Origin: Calditrichales bacterium | GTDB taxonomy: Bacteria; Calditrichota; Calditrichia; Calditrichales; J004 | DNA: 64,000 bases | Assembly (NCBI GenBank): GCA_965267575.1 | Contig: OZ254086.1 | Coordinates: 256,001-320,000, forward strand | Direction of reading: 5' to 3' | Shown here: in pieces, positions 1 to 9,225 of the stretch | How the letters are laid out: each line of letters starts with the position of its first letter | How positions within the stretch are numbered: the first letter of the stretch is position 1 | Made by a program: the position numbers and the translations under genes | The notes under the pieces: model-generated | Database searches by the model: none | Told to the model about the DNA's origin: nothing | What the model saw: the letters and a program-made list of their open reading frames with translations, nothing else

Positions 1-33
1 GAAAAGAATTTGTATTAAGTAAGACATGCCCAT
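1..33 (-). CDS. 5' fragment of an ORF running off the window (MGMSYLIQILF...), candidate immunity gene for the Rhs toxin
   Basis: ATG 1 nt after the Rhs stop codon; frame open to the window edge; only 11 codons visible. Confidence 0.3.
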   Translation of the reverse strand, partial: MGMSYLIQILF

Positions 34-34
34 T

Positions 35-1240
35 TTACTCATTCTTTTTTTCCTCGGTTGGCGTGAATATTAATTCATCTAGTTCCTCATTAGACAAATC
101 CTGATAATTATTATCTTCTTCTGTTTCTTCGTAATATTCACTTGTTGCTTGTGATTCGTTTGCCTTAGCTTCTTCTGTACAAACCCCACTCGATGACTTT
201 ATTAAATGCGAATTATCAGGATTATTAACATTATAAAAGTTTGCTTGGTCTTCTGCAGAATTTAAATTTCCTTGCTCTATAGCATGCGTTGCTTCATTTG
301 TAAGCGTACCTACTGCTTGTGAACCTGCAGGATAAAGCTTAGATGAATTATCTAAACTTATAGTGGTAATTGTTGTTACTTTCTTTTCGCTAAATTTGGA
401 ATAATTAGATATTGTATTTGCGCGTGCATTCATCTTGCTTTTCGTTCTAAATAGCCACCGCTGATTTTTATTTTTAAGTACCTTATTGTGAAGAGCACGA
501 TATTTTGCCGACGTTCTATATGCTTTTCTTACTGCCCATAGAACTTTATTATTTTTAGGTTTAATTACATCTTTTCCATTAGGATCGATAAATTTTAGTG
601 GATTATTTGCAACATAACTGTATGTTGATAGCCTAGGATAAGAACCAGCATGGGGATCAACTGAGCCAAACCGACACACCGCCGCATCATAGTACCGTGC
701 CCCAAAATAATAAAGTCCCAGCCCATTCTCATCATCAAGCTCTTTACCGGAGAATTTGTAGATATCATTGCCGGCACCGGATGTGTGGCTGCGGCCGGGC
801 ATCCGTAAGCCAAAGGGATAGTAATCATCCTTACTGACGATTTCGCCCTGTTCGTCCACCGTAACCCGGATATTGCCCAGGTGGTCTTTCACAGAAAAAT
901 GGTATTCCGGCTTACGCTTGATGGCGATCTGGTAGCTGTAATAATCTATCGCGCCTTCGTTGTCTTTTACTTTTAGCTTGATGGTGATGACGCAGTGGGT
1001 TTCCGTTTTGTCAAGCATGTAAGTTTGGGAAAAGCCGGAGCCCGTGCCGACCTGCTGGTCATCTATGTACCAGGTGTATTGGGTAATACTGCCGCCATCG
1101 GGATCGTAGCTGTCCAGCCCGGAGTAGTCGATGCGCTCCCCGGCGTAAACATACTGATCTATCGGGCTGATGATGGAAACGGGAGAGGCAGCAAGACTAA
1201 AGGCAAGAGTTGTTAAGACCAGTAAAATAGCTTTTTTCAT
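35..1240 (-). CDS. Secreted PKD-domain + Rhs-associated-core protein with variable C-terminal (toxin-like) domain
   Basis: N-terminal signal peptide; PKD-like SYDPDGGSITQYTW...VKDNEGA; Rhs core KDHLGNIR...DYYPFG...YYFGARYYD...YSYVANNPLKFIDPNG; AT-rich C-terminal extension. Confidence 0.85.
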   Translation of the reverse strand: MKKAILLVLTTLAFSLAASPVSIISPIDQYVYAGERIDYSGLDSYDPDGGSITQYTWYIDDQQVGTGSGFSQTYMLDKTETHCVITIKLKVKDNEGAIDYYSYQIAIKRKPEYHFSVKDHLGNIRVTVDEQGEIVSKDDYYPFGLRMPGRSHTSGAGNDIYKFSGKELDDENGLGLYYFGARYYDAAVCRFGSVDPHAGSYPRLSTYSYVANNPLKFIDPNGKDVIKPKNNKVLWAVRKAYRTSAKYRALHNKVLKNKNQRWLFRTKSKMNARANTISNYSKFSEKKVTTITTISLDNSSKLYPAGSQAVGTLTNEATHAIEQGNLNSAEDQANFYNVNNPDNSHLIKSSSGVCTEEAKANESQATSEYYEETEEDNNYQDLSNEELDELIFTPTEEKKNE

Positions 1241-1261
1241 TTTTAATCATCCGCAAAGGGA

Positions 1262-2428
1262 TTATTTCTTAGATTTTTCCAAAAGCTTGTTAAATAAGGG
1301 CAGCTGTTTAAAGGCTTCAGTCTTTATTTTTAAAGCCATATTATAGTCTTGAGCATCTTGGCTAAAATGCCTTGATGTTTCATATATTTTTAGGTTTTTG
1401 GATAAGAGCGTATATGCAGATTGATATTCTCTTTTGGCTAGCAATATCCTTGCTTTAACACGTACCGGAAAGATTAAATTCACCTCGCCCCAATCATATT
1501 TTTCTATGAGGTCAGAGCAGATACTTTCGGCGATATCATTATTTCGTAGTCCAGCATTGGCCTGTGCTACCCAGGTTTTAAGGTAAATATATCTCTGGTC
1601 ATAATCAGGATCGTCTTTATTTAATTCATTAAGCGCATACTCGAAGTGTTTGATACCTTCTTTTTCTTTTCGCCAGAGACAATATAATATTCCATAATCT
1701 TCGTGTATTTCATGTAGGGTAATAGCCTCAGGTGCGTATTTAAACAAAGCTTTTATATAAGATTCTGCTGTTTCAAAAGCCTTTTTTTTGGTAAAAACAT
1801 GACGCAGGATTCGTAAATTAGAAACTATGTTTATTTTATCCTTTAAGTATTTATTGGCTTTCAGCCCGTATTTTATAGCTTTATCATATTCTTCAAGCTC
1901 AAAAGCATATAAACTGGCGAGATAATAATTAGCTAATCCTGTGCCGGTCGAAAGGCCGTCTGCCTTTTTGTAGTATTCTTTGGCTTTCTCGTAGCCCCCC
2001 GTTTCTTCATAATTAGAACCGATATTTATATAACATCGTTCCTGATATTCAACACCTTCAGGGTCGGAAATACTCTCATAAATATTTAAACACTTGAAAT
2101 AGAAATCGTTTGATTTACTAAAATCTTTTAAGTCACTATACAAGCCGCCGAGACAATAATATATCTCTCCTAGTATTTCATCATCATTACCAGATATATT
2201 TTCTAATGCCGCCAAAAAATATTTTTCGCTTTTGCTGTCCTCATCTAATTGATGGTGCAAAATTTTGCCGACTTCAAAATCAAAAAGATACCCAAAGGGC
2301 GCATAGTCACCCTTAATTCGTAATAGACCTTCGCAGGCTTTTAACAACGCGTTTTGCTGTTCAGGAACATCTTTAATATAGTTTTCAATAACCTCTTTTG
2401 TCTTCTTTTTTGTTATTTTTTTATTCAT
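1262..2428 (-). CDS. Tetratricopeptide-repeat protein
   Basis: Repeated helical TPR-like motifs (YYCLGGLY, YINIGSNY, YYLASLY); AT-rich. Confidence 0.75.
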   Translation of the reverse strand: MNKKITKKKTKEVIENYIKDVPEQQNALLKACEGLLRIKGDYAPFGYLFDFEVGKILHHQLDEDSKSEKYFLAALENISGNDDEILGEIYYCLGGLYSDLKDFSKSNDFYFKCLNIYESISDPEGVEYQERCYINIGSNYEETGGYEKAKEYYKKADGLSTGTGLANYYLASLYAFELEEYDKAIKYGLKANKYLKDKINIVSNLRILRHVFTKKKAFETAESYIKALFKYAPEAITLHEIHEDYGILYCLWRKEKEGIKHFEYALNELNKDDPDYDQRYIYLKTWVAQANAGLRNNDIAESICSDLIEKYDWGEVNLIFPVRVKARILLAKREYQSAYTLLSKNLKIYETSRHFSQDAQDYNMALKIKTEAFKQLPLFNKLLEKSKK

Positions 2429-2476
2429 CTTCTTTGATCTCAGTCTCGTCTTTTTCTTCCTTCCTTTTTCTCTTTT

Positions 2477-2866
2477 TCAATATACCCTCAACCCCAAATA
2501 CTCTTCCATGGGATTAAAATCCTTGTCGGAGTGCAAAAGAGAAAAACCCTTTTCGATACAAAAAGTCCCGATAATAACATCAATCGTCTTTCTGATGGTG
2601 ACACCCTTTTTGCGCAAATAGCGGAAGTTTGTCGCGCTTTTTATGGCAAGCTCTTTTCCAAGCATATCGTAGCACTCCAGATGTTCAAATAAGGATTTGG
2701 CTTTTTCGAAATCCTTGTCCTTGTTAAAGCCCTGCAACACTTCCGTCAAAATAATATCGCCGGTTACGATATACTCCTGCCCGAGAATTGCCTCAAGCCG
2801 TGCCACCTGCGTTGTCTCCACGCCGTTGAAAAAATCAATCCAAACCGATGAATCCACCAGGATCAT
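2477..2866 (-). CDS. vapC: PIN-domain toxin VapC
   Basis: MILVDSSVWIDFF start, EVLQG, TIDVIIG, LLHSDKDF acidic PIN residues. Confidence 0.92.
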   Translation of the reverse strand: MILVDSSVWIDFFNGVETTQVARLEAILGQEYIVTGDIILTEVLQGFNKDKDFEKAKSLFEHLECYDMLGKELAIKSATNFRYLRKKGVTIRKTIDVIIGTFCIEKGFSLLHSDKDFNPMEEYLGLRVY

Positions 2867-3057
2867 GAATCTGTCCTGAGCTCATCCAGATCGCCGGTCC
2901 ATTTCAGTTTGCCTTTGTATTTGCGCAAGGATTCCTGTTTTTTCAGACGCACCAGAAGTTTCAGCGCTTCTTCAACGGCCTCCTTTTTAGTCTTATAGCC
3001 GCCAAGCTTTAAAGCCTGTTCGATAAGCTGGTCGTTTAATACAATATTTGTTCGCAT
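2863..3057 (-). CDS. vapB: VapB-family antitoxin
   Basis: MRTNIVLND..KTKKEAVEEAL..W.GDLDELR; 4-bp overlap with vapC. Confidence 0.88.
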   Translation of the reverse strand: MRTNIVLNDQLIEQALKLGGYKTKKEAVEEALKLLVRLKKQESLRKYKGKLKWTGDLDELRTDS

Positions 3058-3068
3058 CACAAACCCCT

Positions 3069-3097
3069 ATGTGTATGAATTTTGAATATATACACAT
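3069..3097. promoter_or_regulatory. Inverted repeat upstream of vapB, probable autoregulatory operator
   Basis: ATGTGTAT-N13-ATACACAT, a perfect 8-bp inverted repeat just upstream of the antitoxin start. Confidence 0.6.
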
Positions 3098-3185
3098 GCA
3101 CGGGTAAACGCCAATTTTAGTGCGTGAGCACTATGGGTTAAAGATTATGGTAAGCATAAATAATGAGGATATTTAAAAGCGGTAA

Positions 3186-3231
3186 TTATTTAGGAAAGTT
3201 TCGCAAAACTCTTATCAATTCTGATATTCAT
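3186..3231 (-). pseudogene. Internally deleted RelE/ParE-type toxin remnant
   Basis: ATGA overlap with the antitoxin stop; reads MNIRIDKSFAK, then in another frame RNFPK-stop, resembling both ends of RelE-like toxins. Confidence 0.5.
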
Positions 3232-3428
3232 TTGCGCAGTTTGTTGAGAAATGAATCCGTGTCCACTCTTTGACCGGTGCGGCCTTTTTTTATGGCATTT
3301 GCCAAACCGATATCCTCCATTTCTTTGTCCGAAATAAGCCTAGCTTTAATGCCCATTTGAGCTATTTCTATCAAAAGCTTCAAATCTTCATCTGAATCGC
3401 TTTTCAGTATTGCTGTTTGCATATTCAT
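3228..3428 (-). CDS. Small putative type II antitoxin (orphaned)
   Basis: 66 aa; EDIGLANAIKKGRTG..V...FL C-terminus typical of antitoxins preceding RelE/ParE toxins. Confidence 0.6.
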   Translation of the reverse strand: MNMQTAILKSDSDEDLKLLIEIAQMGIKARLISDKEMEDIGLANAIKKGRTGQRVDTDSFLNKLRK

Positions 3429-3516
3429 ACTCTCGTGATTTTGATGTTTAAAATTTATTCTAAAAACGGGTGATGTCAAATAATGGTTTCAATCTTACAA
3501 CACAGTCTGTAAACTA

Positions 3517-4047
3517 TCACATTTCTCCAAAGGCCTTTTCAAAAACACCGTAATCTTTCTTTGAATAAAGCACAAAATGGATTTCCAGCCCGGCGTTGCT
3601 TTCATTTAAAAAATCAGCCGCGGTAGAAAGCATCAGCGGGGCGGCGCGCTCTATGGGGTAGCCAAAAATGCCCGTGCTGATGGCCGGAAAGGCGATGCTG
3701 TGCAAATCGTTTTCGACCAATACCTCCAGGCTACGGCGCGTGGCCGACGCCAGCTTGTTGTCCTCATCGCCCTCACCCATACGCGGTCCCACAGCGTGGA
3801 TCACGTGGCGCGCCTTCAGCTTGCCGCCACCGGTAATCACCGCGTCACCGGTTTTAACGGGCTTCAGCTTATTGCTCTCTTCCTGGATGCTTTGGCCGCC
3901 CTTGGAGACGATCGCTCCGGCCACACCGCCACCGTGAGCCAGCTGGTTATTGGCCGCGTTGACGATGGCGTCGCAATCCATTTCCGTCAAATCACCCTGC
4001 TCGATAATGATTTTTCCTTTATTGACAGCGCCTTCTTTCATTATCAC
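3517..4047 (-). CDS. Macro-domain (ADP-ribose binding/hydrolase, YmdB-like) protein
   Basis: GDLT..DAIVNAAN..L.HGGGVAGAI, VIHAVGP, SIAFPAISTGIFGYP. Confidence 0.93.
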   Translation of the reverse strand: MIMKEGAVNKGKIIIEQGDLTEMDCDAIVNAANNQLAHGGGVAGAIVSKGGQSIQEESNKLKPVKTGDAVITGGGKLKARHVIHAVGPRMGEGDEDNKLASATRRSLEVLVENDLHSIAFPAISTGIFGYPIERAAPLMLSTAADFLNESNAGLEIHFVLYSKKDYGVFEKAFGEM

Positions 4048-5276
4048 ACCTCCGGACGTTGATAGACGATAGCGCCTTTTTTGATGGTCATATGCACATT
4101 GTTCATGCCGTAGTGGTAGGGCAGGTAGTCCAGATTAGGGATATCCCAGATGACCACGTCGGCCTGTCGGCCCGTTTCTATGCAGCCAATCTTGTCCTCT
4201 TCGGCGATGGCTTTGGCGGCGCCATAGGTCGTGGCCCATAACAGCTCCGCCGGCGTCATGCCCATCTTCAGCGCGGCGATGGTCCAGACAAGCGCCATGT
4301 TGTGCGTATGCGAGCTGCCGGGATTGTAGTCCGTTGCCACAGCCACCATGCATCCTTTGTCGATCATCTTACGGGCAGGGGCAAACTTATCCTTGCCCAG
4401 GAAAAACGTGGTGCCGGGCAGCAACACCGCGATGACACCGGCAGCGGCCATTTCTTCGATACCCTTGTCGGAAATTTCCACCAGGTGGTCGGCGGAGATT
4501 GCCTTCACTTCCGCGCTCAACTCGGCGCCGCCCAGGGCGTACAATTCGTCGGCGTGCAGCTTGGGCGTCATGCCGTATTTTTGCGCCGTCTTCAAAATCT
4601 TGCGGCTTTGCTCCACGCTAAACACGCCTTTTTCACAAAATACATCGCAAAAACGGGCCAGCTGCTTATCGGCCACTTCGGGAATCATTTCGTTGCAGAC
4701 CAGGTCCACGTAGCCGTTGCGGTCATCCTGATATTCATCCGGTATTTCGTGCGCGCCCAAAAAGGTGGGCACCATTTCCAGCGGCTGTTCGCGGTTCAGC
4801 CGGGCAATGATCTCCAGCGAACGCAGCTCGTCTTTGCGGCTTAACCCGTAGCCCGATTTAGCTTCGATCGTCGTCGTGCCATGGGTCAAAAAAGGCTTCA
4901 GGCGTTTACGGGTCAGGACTGTAATTTCATCATCGCTCATCTCGCGGAAACGACGAACGCTGTTGCGGATACCGCCTCCCGCTTCGGCGATCTCTTCATA
5001 GCTTTTGCCCTGCACGCGCATGATAAATTCGCTCTCGCGCGTCGGTCCAAAAACGGGATGCGTGTGGCAATCCACAAAACCGGGCAGCACCGTTTTGCCG
5101 CGGCAGTCGATTGTTTTATCGGCCGGCGGCAGGTCTTCATTTGCGCCGATCATACGGCTGATACGACCATTTTCAAGCAGCAGATGTATGCCGCCCAATT
5201 CACGGATTTCGCCAAAAGCGCTGCCGCTGAACGGCGTGTACAATCGCCCGATGTCTTTTAGCAGTAATGTTTCCAT
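4044..5276 (-). CDS. hutI: Imidazolonepropionase
   Basis: PGFVDCHTHPVF, GTTTIEAKSGYGL, FLGAH, DVFCEKG, KLHADEL, ATDYNPGS. Confidence 0.95.
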   Translation of the reverse strand: METLLLKDIGRLYTPFSGSAFGEIRELGGIHLLLENGRISRMIGANEDLPPADKTIDCRGKTVLPGFVDCHTHPVFGPTRESEFIMRVQGKSYEEIAEAGGGIRNSVRRFREMSDDEITVLTRKRLKPFLTHGTTTIEAKSGYGLSRKDELRSLEIIARLNREQPLEMVPTFLGAHEIPDEYQDDRNGYVDLVCNEMIPEVADKQLARFCDVFCEKGVFSVEQSRKILKTAQKYGMTPKLHADELYALGGAELSAEVKAISADHLVEISDKGIEEMAAAGVIAVLLPGTTFFLGKDKFAPARKMIDKGCMVAVATDYNPGSSHTHNMALVWTIAALKMGMTPAELLWATTYGAAKAIAEEDKIGCIETGRQADVVIWDIPNLDYLPYHYGMNNVHMTIKKGAIVYQRPEV

Positions 5277-5671
5277 CAGCTTTTCTCCTTCCAGGTCGGA
5301 ACCGTTTTTTCGTCCACAAAGGCGATGGGGTTACCAAAGGGATCGGCGGCGTGAAACAGCCTTTCACCGTTGGGCGCTTCGCTTATCCCGGTATCGATGT
5401 TGGTAGCGCCGGCATTCTTTACGCGCACATAAGCGCCTTCCAGGTTAGGCACCGAAAAATAGAAATACTGCTTTTTCAGGTGCATCCAGCCCTGCCCCAG
5501 TTTGTCACCTTCGGCAAGCGGATCGTAGCACACCAGCGCGGTGCCTCCGCAGTTGAAATAATGGCGCCCCTTGGAGATGCGCTCCCCCTTCAGGTTCAGC
5601 GCCTTGCCATAAAATGCCGCAGCCTCATCGATGTCCGAAACAGGCAGCACAACGCGGTACAGGCGTACCAT
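5276..5671 (-). CDS. VOC/glyoxalase family protein
   Basis: V.LPVSDIDEAAAFY...DPFGNPI motif. Confidence 0.85.
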   Translation of the reverse strand: MVRLYRVVLPVSDIDEAAAFYGKALNLKGERISKGRHYFNCGGTALVCYDPLAEGDKLGQGWMHLKKQYFYFSVPNLEGAYVRVKNAGATNIDTGISEAPNGERLFHAADPFGNPIAFVDEKTVPTWKEKS

Positions 5672-5673
5672 CG

Positions 5674-6162
5674 CTACACCTCCTTCAGCGCCGTGGAGAG
5701 CTTTTCATAGCTTTGCTCCAGGGCTTCGGAAATCACTTTGGTACCGCTGATCACCGGCATAAAATTGGTATCGCCGTTCCAGCGGGGCAGCAGATGATAA
5801 TGCAAATGCTCCTCAATGCCGGCGCCGGCGGGACGTCCCATATTCATGCCCATGTTCATCGCATCAGGATTGTAAACCTTGCGAAATGCTTTTACCGTTT
5901 TTTGAATAACATTCTGGCAATCCAGCAGCTCTTTTTCGGTAAGCGCGGTAAAATCGTGCGTGTGCCGGTTGGGGACAATCATAACATGTCCGTTGTTGTA
6001 TGGGTAACGGTTCAAAATAACGTAGCAATACTCAGAACGATGCACGATCAGGCTTTTGGAATCATCTTTCCATTTCGGCAATTCACAAAAAATGCAGCCT
6101 TTGATTTCTTCTTCGTCACCCATGATATAGCTCATGCGCCAGGGTGCCCACATTACATCCAT
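5674..6162 (-). CDS. HIT-family nucleotide hydrolase (Ap4A phosphorylase-like)
   Basis: WAPWRMSYI, CIFC, LNRYPYNNGHVM, HLHYHLLPRW; start taken at MDVMW. Confidence 0.92.
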   Translation of the reverse strand: MDVMWAPWRMSYIMGDEEEIKGCIFCELPKWKDDSKSLIVHRSEYCYVILNRYPYNNGHVMIVPNRHTHDFTALTEKELLDCQNVIQKTVKAFRKVYNPDAMNMGMNMGRPAGAGIEEHLHYHLLPRWNGDTNFMPVISGTKVISEALEQSYEKLSTALKEV

Positions 6163-6247
6163 AATATTATTTCCTCCGGATTTCATCCAAAATTCCAATC
6201 AACAATTATTTGCTTTCCGGGATGTAGAAATTTGCAATAATTTCCAT

Positions 6248-6282
6248 AAAAAAGCCCGGCATACTAAAACATACCGGGCCAA
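6248..6282 (-). terminator. Rho-independent terminator after the EF-G gene
   Basis: GCCCGG...CCGGGC stem with an A6 tract (U-tract on the - strand). Confidence 0.6.
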
Positions 6283-6322
6283 ATATAGCAATAAATAACG
6301 ATTTATGCGGAATAGCGGATTT

Positions 6323-8386
6323 CTACTCCTCCTCGTCCTTCGAAGCGGCGATGATCTTTTGGGCTACGTCGGACGGGACCTCCTCATAGTGCGAGAAAGC
6401 GCGTTTGTGAATCCCCCTGCCCTGCGTCATCGAGCGCAGCGTGGTGGAATACTTGTATAATTCCGCCAGCGGCACACTTGCCTTGATCACCTGGAACTTG
6501 CCGTCAGCGTCCATACCAAGAATCTTGCCGCGGCGTCCGCTGATATCGCCCATCACGTCACCCATGTATTCATCGGGCACACGCACTTCGATTTCATAGA
6601 TCGGCTCCAGCAGCATTGGTTTGGCCTGCTCAAAACATTTCTTAAAAGCCATCGACGCGGCCACCTTAAAGGCCATCTCGGAAGAATCCACGTTGTGATA
6701 GCTGCCGTCAAAGACTGTTGCCTTTAAATCCACGACAGGATATTTAGCAAGCACTCCCTTGTTCATCGTTTCAATAACGCCCTTTTCAACGGCGGGGATA
6801 AATTTATTTGGTATCACACCGCCCACAATACCATCAACAAACTCAAAACCTTCCCCGCGTCCCTTCGGTTCAATGCGCAGGTGACAGTCGCCGTACTGCC
6901 CGCGGCCGCCGGTCTGCTTCTTGTACTTGCCCTGCGCTTCGGCCTTGCCTTTGATTGTTTCACGGTAGGGGATGCGCGGTTCTTCTTCAATCACCTCTAC
7001 GCCAAAGCGCTGTTTCAGGCGGTTGAGAATAGTCACCAGGTGCAGCTCGCCCTGCCCGGAGATGATCGTCTGGTGCAGTTCAGCATCATTGGTATAAACA
7101 AAAGTGGGATCTTCCTGGTGCAGCGTGTGCAGACCCTGCGCGATCTTATCTTCATCACCCTTGGCCTTGGGCCGGATAGCTTCACGAATTTTTGGCTCCG
7201 GAAAATCGATCGGCGGGAATTCGATCTGGTTGCTTTTGGTGCAGAGGGAGTCACCTGTGTGCGTGGCTTTCATTTTTACCAGCGCGCCTATATCGCCGGC
7301 CATCAGCGTGTCCACAGGTGTTTTATTTTTGCCGTTAAGAACAAAAATACCGGCGATGCGCTCGGGGTGGTCGTCTGTGGCGTTATATGTTTCATCACCG
7401 TTCTTGATCTTCCCTGAGAAAACCTTTACAAAGGAGAGTTCGCCCACATGCTGCTCGCCCAACGTCTTAAAAATTAGCGCGGACATAGGGTCGTTGGCAT
7501 CTATTTCAATTTCCTTGCCATCCTTGGTTTTGTTCTTACCGTGTTCGTTTGGCGCGGGGCAGAAATTCAGGATCACGTCCAGCAGGCGCATCACGCCCAC
7601 GTTTGTTTGCGCCGATGTACAGAAAACGGGATAGACCAGGTCGTGGGCCATGGCTTCCTTCAAACCCTTGCGGAAATCGTCTTCATTCAGCCCGCTGTCG
7701 AAATATTTTTCCATTAAACTGTCGTCCGATTCCGCCACGGCCTCCACCAGCTTCAGGTGCAAATCGTCGGCTTGATCCTTCAGATCGGCAGGGATCTCTT
7801 CTTCGCTGAATTCGCCGCTGCCGTCGGTTTTAAACTTAAGCAGCTTCATGCGGATAAGGTCAACGACGCTGTCAAAACCTGGCCCGGGGTTCACCGGGAA
7901 CTGCGCCAGCACCACGCGGCGATCCAGGTCTTCCTGCAGATCGTTATAAATTTTGTCAAAATCCAGGTTTTCCTTGTCCAGCTTATTGATGATCAGCAGA
8001 CGCGGCACATCATTTTTCTCGGCTTCCTGCCAGACCATCTCCGTACCTACTTCCACCCCGGATGATGCGGAAACAACCAGAAACACCGTATCAACAGCGC
8101 GGATGGCGCCAACAACTTCACCGTAAAAATCGGAATAGCCCGGTGTGTCGATGAGATTTATCTTGTTCTCTTTGTAAACGCCATGCAGAAGTGAGGCATT
8201 GATGGAGATCTGGCGTTCGATCTCGTCCGCGTTGTAGTCGGACGTGGTGGAACCCTGCTCTATGCTGCCGATGCGCGTAATCTGTTTGAGGTTATACAGC
8301 ATAGCCTCGGCCAGGATGGTCTTACCCACACCTCCATGGCCACATACTCCTATATTTCTTATATGGTCCGTTTCAAAAACTTTCAC
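6323..8386 (-). CDS. fusA: Elongation factor G paralogue (EF-G2-like)
   Basis: GHGGVGKT, DTPG, NKLD, GQGELHL, KKQTGGRGQYG, DSSEMAF; G1 motif differs from canonical EF-G1 and the gene is outside the str operon. Confidence 0.9.
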   Translation of the reverse strand: MKVFETDHIRNIGVCGHGGVGKTILAEAMLYNLKQITRIGSIEQGSTTSDYNADEIERQISINASLLHGVYKENKINLIDTPGYSDFYGEVVGAIRAVDTVFLVVSASSGVEVGTEMVWQEAEKNDVPRLLIINKLDKENLDFDKIYNDLQEDLDRRVVLAQFPVNPGPGFDSVVDLIRMKLLKFKTDGSGEFSEEEIPADLKDQADDLHLKLVEAVAESDDSLMEKYFDSGLNEDDFRKGLKEAMAHDLVYPVFCTSAQTNVGVMRLLDVILNFCPAPNEHGKNKTKDGKEIEIDANDPMSALIFKTLGEQHVGELSFVKVFSGKIKNGDETYNATDDHPERIAGIFVLNGKNKTPVDTLMAGDIGALVKMKATHTGDSLCTKSNQIEFPPIDFPEPKIREAIRPKAKGDEDKIAQGLHTLHQEDPTFVYTNDAELHQTIISGQGELHLVTILNRLKQRFGVEVIEEEPRIPYRETIKGKAEAQGKYKKQTGGRGQYGDCHLRIEPKGRGEGFEFVDGIVGGVIPNKFIPAVEKGVIETMNKGVLAKYPVVDLKATVFDGSYHNVDSSEMAFKVAASMAFKKCFEQAKPMLLEPIYEIEVRVPDEYMGDVMGDISGRRGKILGMDADGKFQVIKASVPLAELYKYSTTLRSMTQGRGIHKRAFSHYEEVPSDVAQKIIAASKDEEE

Positions 8387-8517
8387 GGCACCCTCCTTAA
8401 AAGGTCACTATGGTTTTGGGATATAGTTGTTTGTCGGCTCGTCCATGTGTTAAATGGGGACTTGCAGTCTTTAAGATACTACTAAAATTAGTATTCTTTT
8501 TCAAGCAAAGCGGCATG

Positions 8518-9225
8518 CTAAAATCCACGTTTTGACAACTTGCCGAGATGTCTTTTTATCCAGCTGTTGGCCTGCTCCAGTTGCGGGAATCCGGCTTCGT
8601 CTTTGCGGAATTCCCGGCTGTGAATAACCCGCCTTTTACCGGGCCTTCGCGTAACCGGATGCACCATGTGCAGCATCTCGTGGTAAACGATGTATTCCAG
8701 CACATAGCGCGGTGTTTTGGGATTATCCAGGAGACGCGTAACAACAAGCAGGTCGCGCATGGCGTCATAAAAGCCCAGGCGGCGGTAGCTGTTCTGCAGG
8801 CTCCAGCCCAGTTGAGGCCTTTGCAGCCCGCCCTTAAAAAAGCGCTGGTTCATCGAATCAAACAATTCTGTCAGATGGTAATGCTTTCCTTCGGGCGTAT
8901 AGGCTTCCACGGAACGTTCCGCGGGAGGCGCCGCCTCAAGCTGTTCGGTGTCTACGTAACTGTGATACGTTTTCTGCAGGTGCGATTGCGCCCGGCGGTA
9001 AAAAAGCTTTTGCAGCAGGATATGTCCAAGGCATTCCAGAATGTGCGGAGGTGCCTGGGCCAGCAGATGGGAAAAGCGGATAAAAATAGTTTGCCCACGC
9101 AAACGGATGGTATGTTTTAATCCCTTGTACGGATAGAAAGAAGCCCGCAGACGCAAAGAGCGCGCGGGCTCATAATGCAGCATCAGCGGCTGAAGATGGC
9201 TGGTCAGCTGGCGTTCGTTCATCAT
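8518..9225 (-). CDS. SprT/M48-like zinc metallopeptidase-domain protein
   Basis: YIVYHEMLHM (HExxH) followed by H.REF. Confidence 0.75.
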   Translation of the reverse strand: MMNERQLTSHLQPLMLHYEPARSLRLRASFYPYKGLKHTIRLRGQTIFIRFSHLLAQAPPHILECLGHILLQKLFYRRAQSHLQKTYHSYVDTEQLEAAPPAERSVEAYTPEGKHYHLTELFDSMNQRFFKGGLQRPQLGWSLQNSYRRLGFYDAMRDLLVVTRLLDNPKTPRYVLEYIVYHEMLHMVHPVTRRPGKRRVIHSREFRKDEAGFPQLEQANSWIKRHLGKLSKRGF

